32,000 bases of DNA from Acaryochloris thomasi RCC1774 (GTDB taxonomy: Bacteria > Cyanobacteriota > Cyanobacteriia > Thermosynechococcales > Thermosynechococcaceae): positions 60,001 to 92,000 of the forward strand of contig NZ_PQWO01000014.1 in assembly GCF_003231495.1 (NCBI RefSeq), given 5' to 3'. The translations under genes and the position numbers were made by a program. The notes under the pieces were generated by a model. The model worked only from the letters and a program-made list of their open reading frames with translations. It did no database searches and was not told the DNA's origin. Below, in pieces: positions 26,399-32,000 of the stretch. Each line of letters opens with the position of its first letter. The first letter of the stretch is position 1.

Positions 26399-28912
26399 AT
26401 GGCGAAATCTTCATCCAAGCTAACGCTCGTGAAAGATGAGACGTTAGCTCTGCTGGACTGGGCTTTAGAGATCACGAATTCGGATGCGCTTAGCTTTACG
26501 AAGGGGCAGCGTTTAGCTACTCGTTTGGGCGCTCATTACCGTCCTGATGGCCTGACAGAGATTGGCTTCTGGACGCCGGAATTGGCGGGTGAAATCATGC
26601 TGTCCGAGCGCGACATCTATCTAGAAGTGTTTACGCCCCTAGAGCCGATTGACTTCCGGGCGCCTGAGCAGCAGGTCTCGATGCGTTGCGATCGCCTCCC
26701 CTTAGTGCAGCAGGGGGAATATGTCTGGGGGGTTGTGGCGGGTCTTCAGCCCGGTCGTCGCGATCAGGCGGGTTCGCTGTATTGGCTGCGATACCGAGAT
26801 GCTCAGCTTCAGATATATGTCGTGCGAGATCTGCTGGCCTACTCCTTGCCCTACGGGGTCTTTGCGCCAGCTGAACTTTATGATCTCAATTCCCTGCACG
26901 AAGGACGTGCCGATCTAGATTACTTTAAAGAGACCGGGGTTGAAACCCATGCCGCAGCAGGATTGCTGGCCTCTGACCTAGAAGAAGAGTCCGTCGTCAT
27001 TCCTCGCGTTGAAGCGCCGCGCTGTATGCTGCAGCTACATGCGAGGACTGCTAGTCCTGAAGGGACAATTGAAGGGCTTAATAAGCTCTATAAGAACATT
27101 GCAACCAAGATCGAAAAGGGTAAGAAGCTCACTTCTGCAGAACAAAATTACATTGGCTATGACGCTATTCAGCTCTTGCCGATAGAGCCACCTATTGAAT
27201 ATCGATACGAGGGCAACAACACCGTTCACGAGTTTTTTGCCCTCTCTGAGGTTAAGAAGGCCAAGGTTTGGGTCACTTTGCGAAAGCCCAACACCCAAAA
27301 CTGGGGCTATGACATTCCTATTGCCGGGTCTGCCGCAGTTAGTCCCTCGATGCTGGGTAGCTTAAGGCCTGATGAGCTAATTGACTTCGCAGCAACGCTA
27401 CACACTTTCCCAAGCGGTCCGATCCAGCTTATTTACGATTTAGTCTACGGTCATGCTGACAACCAGTGTGAAGAACTGCTCAATCGTCAGTACCTTAAGG
27501 GCCCCAATATGTATGGGCAAGATCTAAACCATCAGCTTCCCCCCGTGCGCGCCATTCTGCTAGAGATGCAGCGGCGAAAAATCAATACTGGGGCTGACGG
27601 TATCCGCGTGGATGGCGGTCAAGACTTCAAGTTCTTCAACCCACTGTCGGGCATTGTGGAGTACGACGATGCCTATCTGCAGGCGATGGGCGATGTGATT
27701 CAGGATGTGGGCGGCTATCAGCGACTGATGTTTACGATCTATGAAGATGGTCGTCCCTGGCCGCAGGAAGGATGGGAAGAGACTTCAACCTATCGAGATT
27801 TAATTGAAATTAAGCCCGAGTCCTTTCAGTGGGGACCGCTCATTTTTGCCCACAACACCCCAGCCCTGGAAGGCTTTTGGGACCAGAAGTGGTCGCGGGT
27901 TTGTGAGGTAATGTTCCAGGGTGAAAACTGGATTACCGGATGTGCCAATCATGACACCGTGCGTCGAGGGAATCAGGTAGATCCGGCCGGACCTATCAAC
28001 TGGAATCTGGGTTCAACGCTGGTTGAGGTGTTGAACAATGCTTACGATAATCCGGCGATTACGCTGTGGGTGTTGGGCTTTAGTCCGGGCTTGCCGATGG
28101 AGTTCTTGAACGCGCATTTTCGGGGCGGATGGGGCTTTTTCCGTAATACCGATGAGCGCTATGCCGTGAAGGTGGTCTCAGAAGAAGCCGGTGTGCTGGA
28201 CTGGCAGGTGGATGATGACCTTTATGAGCAACCGAATTTTTTCAAGGCGTTGAAAGACCTAGGATTTACAGAGTTAGGGCCTCTGAGAGGCTTTACACGA
28301 GCGCTCCAGATTGCGATGAGCCAGACGCACTATGATCTCGACACCATTGCTGAAGTTTGTCAGCGGTGTCTAGGGGGAGGCGCGGGCGAGTGTGATCTTG
28401 AAGCGATTAAAGACTTAAAGCATCCCACTGCACCAAGCTTTTTACAGGACCTTGATGTGCCCAAACTGCAGCAGTTTGCGAAGGCATTTATGAAGGATGT
28501 GCATGAGTTTGCCAACGTCAGCCATTGGCACGCTAATCTTCAGTCAGAGCAGGTGGCGTTTAATTTAGCTCTCCGTCAGTTTCGGATAGAGCACCCTTGG
28601 CTTATCAAAAATCTATCCGGGACTGATCGGTTCAACCATATTAGCGGTGAGGATCATACGCTTTTCTATGGGTTGAGAACACAGCCAACCGACGAGACTG
28701 ATGAGTCTCAGTCTAGACAGTTTGCCATGATTACTCACATGGGCGGAGAACCCGCCACAGCGACTCTGGGGGATTGGCTACAGCTTGATCTAGAGGAATG
28801 GCAGGTTGTATTCAAAACCCCTGGCCTAGAGATTGGTGACTCAGCAAAAGATTTACAGACATTTGAGCTTCAGGACAGTCAGGGCTTGTTGCTGACTAAG
28901 ATTATTGAGTAA
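26399..28912 (+). CDS. gghA: Large glycoside-hydrolase-like protein, probable glucosylglycerol hydrolase (Slr1670/GghA-like)
   Basis: 837 aa with GH13-like catalytic-barrel signatures (GADGIRVDGGQDF, GCANHDTVRRG). It is divergent from ggpS and upstream of glpK, which is the arrangement I recall for slr1670 in Synechocystis. The assignment rests on synteny plus motifs. Confidence 0.6.
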   Translation: MAKSSSKLTLVKDETLALLDWALEITNSDALSFTKGQRLATRLGAHYRPDGLTEIGFWTPELAGEIMLSERDIYLEVFTPLEPIDFRAPEQQVSMRCDRLPLVQQGEYVWGVVAGLQPGRRDQAGSLYWLRYRDAQLQIYVVRDLLAYSLPYGVFAPAELYDLNSLHEGRADLDYFKETGVETHAAAGLLASDLEEESVVIPRVEAPRCMLQLHARTASPEGTIEGLNKLYKNIATKIEKGKKLTSAEQNYIGYDAIQLLPIEPPIEYRYEGNNTVHEFFALSEVKKAKVWVTLRKPNTQNWGYDIPIAGSAAVSPSMLGSLRPDELIDFAATLHTFPSGPIQLIYDLVYGHADNQCEELLNRQYLKGPNMYGQDLNHQLPPVRAILLEMQRRKINTGADGIRVDGGQDFKFFNPLSGIVEYDDAYLQAMGDVIQDVGGYQRLMFTIYEDGRPWPQEGWEETSTYRDLIEIKPESFQWGPLIFAHNTPALEGFWDQKWSRVCEVMFQGENWITGCANHDTVRRGNQVDPAGPINWNLGSTLVEVLNNAYDNPAITLWVLGFSPGLPMEFLNAHFRGGWGFFRNTDERYAVKVVSEEAGVLDWQVDDDLYEQPNFFKALKDLGFTELGPLRGFTRALQIAMSQTHYDLDTIAEVCQRCLGGGAGECDLEAIKDLKHPTAPSFLQDLDVPKLQQFAKAFMKDVHEFANVSHWHANLQSEQVAFNLALRQFRIEHPWLIKNLSGTDRFNHISGEDHTLFYGLRTQPTDETDESQSRQFAMITHMGGEPATATLGDWLQLDLEEWQVVFKTPGLEIGDSAKDLQTFELQDSQGLLLTKIIE

Positions 28913-28916
28913 TGGG
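28859..28916 (+). repeat. Copy A of a 58-nt repeat: the live 3' end of gghA plus its stop codon
   Basis: ACATTTGAGCTTCAGGACAGTCAGGGCTTGTTGCTGACTAAGATTATTGAGTAATGGG encodes TFELQDSQGLLLTKIIE*. Confidence 0.9.
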
Positions 28917-29047
28917 ACAGCCGTATTTCTGCCGCGACACAAACAGTTGCTCTAAATTTGCCAGGATTGATAGGTTCTTAGTGGCACAGTCTCTACGTCT
29001 GTAAGCTACGCTATTGTGAAGTGTCTCAGGCTGGGGAACTAGGCAAT

Positions 29048-29566
29048 ATGTGGCTAGAGACTCAGCGGCTTGTTCTTCGAGAACTTCGGAAAGAAGACGT
29101 CCAAGATCTTGCACCGATACTTGCAGATCCAAAAGTCATGACGTTTTCTCCAACTGGCGTTGTTTCGATCAGCCAGACGCAAGAAAAAGTTGAAAGTTTT
29201 ATCGCCTGCTACAGAGAATTTGGATTTGGTAAATGGGCGGTTCTTCTCAAGGATCATCAGAAATTAATTGGCTATTACGGACTAGCCGTGAAGCAAATAG
29301 ATGGCAATAATGAGAAAGAATTGGGGTATCGGCTAGATTCCGAGCTTTGGGGGCAGGGTTTAGCAACTGAAGGTGCGTCAGCAGCAATTCAATATGGATT
29401 TGAGCAGTTCAAGCTTCCATACATCCTCGGCATTGTAGAACGGGAAAATACGGCGTCAATTAGGGTGCTTGAAAAAATAGGTATGCGATACAAGAGAACA
29501 ACGATTTTTCATGAAGTAGAAATGGATGTGTATCGAGTCGATGCTCCTGATTTCATACTGGATTGA
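29048..29566 (+). CDS. GNAT-family N-acetyltransferase (RimJ/RimL-like)
   Basis: LETQRLVLRELRKEDVQDL...LGYRLDSELWGQGLATEGASAAIQYGF...ENTASIRVLEKIGM. The start was set at ATG 29048. Hand-counted samples give 38-42% G+C, against 57% in a gghA sample. Confidence 0.8.
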   Translation: MWLETQRLVLRELRKEDVQDLAPILADPKVMTFSPTGVVSISQTQEKVESFIACYREFGFGKWAVLLKDHQKLIGYYGLAVKQIDGNNEKELGYRLDSELWGQGLATEGASAAIQYGFEQFKLPYILGIVERENTASIRVLEKIGMRYKRTTIFHEVEMDVYRVDAPDFILD

Positions 29567-29630
29567 ACGAAACGATCGCGTCTCCGACCCAAGGAACAGC
29601 GTGGCATGACCGACTGGAAAATATCTGTAA

Positions 29631-29688
29631 ACATTTGAGCTTCAGGACAGCCAAGGTTTACTGTTGACTAAGGTTGTTGAGTAATGAG
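29631..29688 (+). repeat. Copy B of the 58-nt repeat: an orphan gghA 3'-end relic immediately upstream of glpK
   Basis: ACATTTGAGCTTCAGGACAGCCAAGGTTTACTGTTGACTAAGGTTGTTGAGTAATGAG has 49/58 identity to copy A. It would encode TFELQDSQGLLLTKVVE*. It is preceded in frame by TAA (29628-29630) and TGA (29607-29609), so it is not part of an intact gene. Confidence 0.9.
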
Positions 29689-29696
29689 GCGGCACT

Positions 29697-31190
29697 ATGT
29701 CTACCGCAGAGTATGTCATGGCCCTGGATCTAGGCACGACAGGTAATCGAGCCATCCTTTTTGATGCTGCGGGTGAGCCATTGACCCAAGCTTACAGAGA
29801 GCTGCCGCAGCACTACCCTAAGCCTGGATGGGTTGAGCATGATGCCCGCGATATTTGGCGAGACACGCGCTGGGCAATGCAGGATGTTCTGCAGCAGGCC
29901 AATGTGGAAGCCAGTCAGGTGGCGGCGATCGGTCTAACGGTACAGCGCGAGACCTGTCTGCTGTGGGATAAGAACACGGGGCAGCCTCTACACAATGCAA
30001 TCGTTTGGCAGGATCGTCGAACGGCAGATCGGTGCCAGAAGCTCGCTGAGCATACGAAGGAAATTTACGATCGCACCGGTCTAGTCCTTGACGCCTATTT
30101 CTCGGCCACCAAACTGGCGTGGCTTCTGGATTATGCGAGGGAACAGAAGGTTGATCTCAGCAACGTGCTCGCAGGAACAATCGACACTTGGGCACTGTGG
30201 AATCTAACGGGCGGTAAGGTCCACGCCACAGATCACAGCAATGCTAGCCGCACAATGTTGCTCAATTTAGAGAAGCGAGAATGGGATCAGCATTTACTCG
30301 ATATCTTTGATATTCCACGCCATATTTTGCCGCGGCTTCAGCCCAGCCTGGGTGAGTTTGGCCGCACAGATGCTGAGCTGCTAGGGACTGAGCTTCCGAT
30401 TGCAGCGATCTTTGGTGATCAGCAGGCGGCACTGTTTGCCCACGGTTGCGATCGCCCTGGCCTGCTCAAATGCACCTACGGTACTGGCTGTTTCTTGGTA
30501 ACTCAGACGGGGAATGAAATAACGAGATCGCAACACAAACTCCTGTCCACAATCGCCTGGAGTCGAGGTGATGCCCCCGTTCACTATGCTCTAGAAGGCA
30601 GCATGTTCACTGCCGGAGCCTGCGTTCAATGGCTCAGAGACGGCCTTAAGCTGATCAGCAGTGCTGAAGAAACGGAAGGACTCGCAAAACAAGTAGACGA
30701 CAATGGCGGCGTCTATTTCGTTCCAGCACTCAGCGGTCTTGGTGCTCCTCACTGGGATATGGATGCCCGAGGTGCATTTTTTGGAATTACGCGGGGCGTA
30801 CAGCGGGAGCATATGGTGCGGTCTGTGTTGGAAGCGATTGCCTTTCAGGCCCGAGAAGTGGTGGAGGCCGTCAATGAAGACTGCGGCGACCCCATTCAAA
30901 TGCTGAAGGTCGATGGCGGTGCCTGTCAGAATGATTTTCTAATGCAGATGCAGGCCGATGTTTTGGGTATTCCGGTCGAACGCCCTGCAGTGTTAGACGC
31001 TACGGCTCAGGGAGCTGCTTTCGGGGCTGGCTTGGCTGTGGGCTTTTGGCAAGACTATCAACAATTGGTCAATGACCGTAAGATTGATAGAGTCTTCGAG
31101 CCGGGGGCTGGAGCGGCTCAAGCGCAGAAGAATTTTAAAACTTGGCAAAAAGCTGTGGATCGTTCTAAGAACTGGATTGAAGCAGAGTAG
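29697..31190 (+). CDS. glpK: Glycerol kinase
   Basis: YVMALDLGTTGNRAILFD, WVEHDARDIW, IVWQDRRTA, FGDQQAALF, GTGCFL and VDGGACQNDFLMQMQAD are FGGY-family and GlpK hallmarks. Confidence 0.93.
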   Translation: MSTAEYVMALDLGTTGNRAILFDAAGEPLTQAYRELPQHYPKPGWVEHDARDIWRDTRWAMQDVLQQANVEASQVAAIGLTVQRETCLLWDKNTGQPLHNAIVWQDRRTADRCQKLAEHTKEIYDRTGLVLDAYFSATKLAWLLDYAREQKVDLSNVLAGTIDTWALWNLTGGKVHATDHSNASRTMLLNLEKREWDQHLLDIFDIPRHILPRLQPSLGEFGRTDAELLGTELPIAAIFGDQQAALFAHGCDRPGLLKCTYGTGCFLVTQTGNEITRSQHKLLSTIAWSRGDAPVHYALEGSMFTAGACVQWLRDGLKLISSAEETEGLAKQVDDNGGVYFVPALSGLGAPHWDMDARGAFFGITRGVQREHMVRSVLEAIAFQAREVVEAVNEDCGDPIQMLKVDGGACQNDFLMQMQADVLGIPVERPAVLDATAQGAAFGAGLAVGFWQDYQQLVNDRKIDRVFEPGAGAAQAQKNFKTWQKAVDRSKNWIEAE

Positions 31191-31327
31191 CTTAGCTGTT
31201 TGAGTTATTCATTGACACAGCAGCAGTGTTTAACCTTGCTACTGTAAAAGAGTTCCTTGAAGATACAGATAACAGATATCTTACTCGGCCCTGATGGGCC
31301 ACAATACGGACTCATTGCCTCCTTTTT

Positions 31328-31990
31328 ATGTTCGAACAGCAACCCGAGACCTTACGGCAAACAGTTCAGCAATTATCAGCAACAGCATCAACTGATCCGA
31401 CTGGTTGGTTTGATGTTCTTTATCAGAAAGCTCAGGGTGATACAGCTCAGGTTCCTTGGGCGAAGCTGGCTCCCCATCCCTATCTTCAGGATTGGTTGAG
31501 TCAGCAATCCCAGCTTCAAGCCCCAACCTCTGCACTGGTTATTGGCTGTGGTCTGGGAGATGATGCTGAGCGATTACAAGAACTTGGTTATGGAGTCAGA
31601 GCGTTTGATGTTTCGCCCACGGCGATCGCATGGTGCCAAAAACGCTTTCCGCAGTCTGATGTTCACTACGCTGTCGCCGATCTCCTGAATTTAGAATCCA
31701 ACTGGGAACCGGCTGAGTTTGTCTTTGAATGCCGCAATATTCAAGCGCTGCCGCTGGAGGTGCGATCTCAAGCCATCCAATCCATCTCAAGACTCGTCGC
31801 CCCTCAAGGGACACTCCTTGTTGTTACCCGTCTCCGTGAAGATGAAGCAGCGCCGGAGGGTCCGCCCTGGCCGTTATCAGAGTCAGAACTAGCCGAATTT
31901 GCAAAGCAAGGTCTCAAAGAAGTCAACCGAGCGCAATTTCTTGAAGGTGATCCAGCTATCACCCAAGTTCGCATTGAGTACCGTCGTTAG
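31328..31990 (+). CDS. Class I SAM-dependent methyltransferase
   Basis: ALVIGCGLGDDAERLQELGYGVRAFDVSPTAIAW is the motif I Gly-rich loop plus the acidic residue. The protein is 220 aa. Confidence 0.7.
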   Translation: MFEQQPETLRQTVQQLSATASTDPTGWFDVLYQKAQGDTAQVPWAKLAPHPYLQDWLSQQSQLQAPTSALVIGCGLGDDAERLQELGYGVRAFDVSPTAIAWCQKRFPQSDVHYAVADLLNLESNWEPAEFVFECRNIQALPLEVRSQAIQSISRLVAPQGTLLVVTRLREDEAAPEGPPWPLSESELAEFAKQGLKEVNRAQFLEGDPAITQVRIEYRR

Positions 31991-32000
31991 TTTGGTTTGC

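Noticed and set aside
1-32000. Scan for CRISPR arrays, tRNA/rRNA genes, IS elements or transposases, integrases and att-like direct repeats around the AT-rich islet.
   Set aside because: I saw no regularly spaced repeats, no T-loop or acceptor-stem pattern in any intergenic region, and no transposase or integrase motifs in any ORF. I could find no shared flanking repeat longer than 7 nt at the islet borders by eye. A computational repeat search would be needed to be certain.

Overview
The window is a chromosomal segment of a cyanobacterium. The evidence is 16 copies of the HIP1 octamer GCGATCGC, a split-intein dnaE, a group-1 sigma factor and glucosylglycerol genes. Gene order: carB (5' end cut by the window edge) | Uma2 endonuclease relic | DUF6151/GFA-like protein | leuS | gmd-fcl-alpha/beta hydrolase | decayed mntA/hepT toxin-antitoxin pair | AT-rich islet (SGNH-type hydrolase plus a 4-TM protein) | LysE-family exporter | ilvE <> TrmB-like regulator | bare Hanks-type Ser/Thr kinase | GST-like gene abutting dnaE-N, which carries the N-terminal split-intein half <> sigA | glpD-ggpS <> gghA-like hydrolase - GNAT - glpK - SAM methyltransferase. 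I saw no tRNA, rRNA, CRISPR array, transposase or integrase. Most of the window is housekeeping. Five things deserve a second look. (1) The AT-rich two-gene islet at 11.45-13.53 kb next to the dead TA pair is my best candidate for an undescribed accessory, toxin-immunity or defence module, but this rests on context only. (2) A 58-nt copy of the gghA 3' end sits just upstream of glpK, on the far side of an AT-rich GNAT gene. It differs from the live gghA end only by synonymous or Ile/Val changes, which points to a recombination or allele-replacement scar rather than a simple duplication. (3) The ggpS leader has a decoy-SD / anti-SD / SD arrangement. (4) Perfect palindromes and hairpins lie in the ggpS-gghA and dnaE-sigA divergent intergenic regions. 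(5) The hepT nonsense codon and the mntA tail frameshift. All family assignments come from motif recognition by eye, because no database search was possible.
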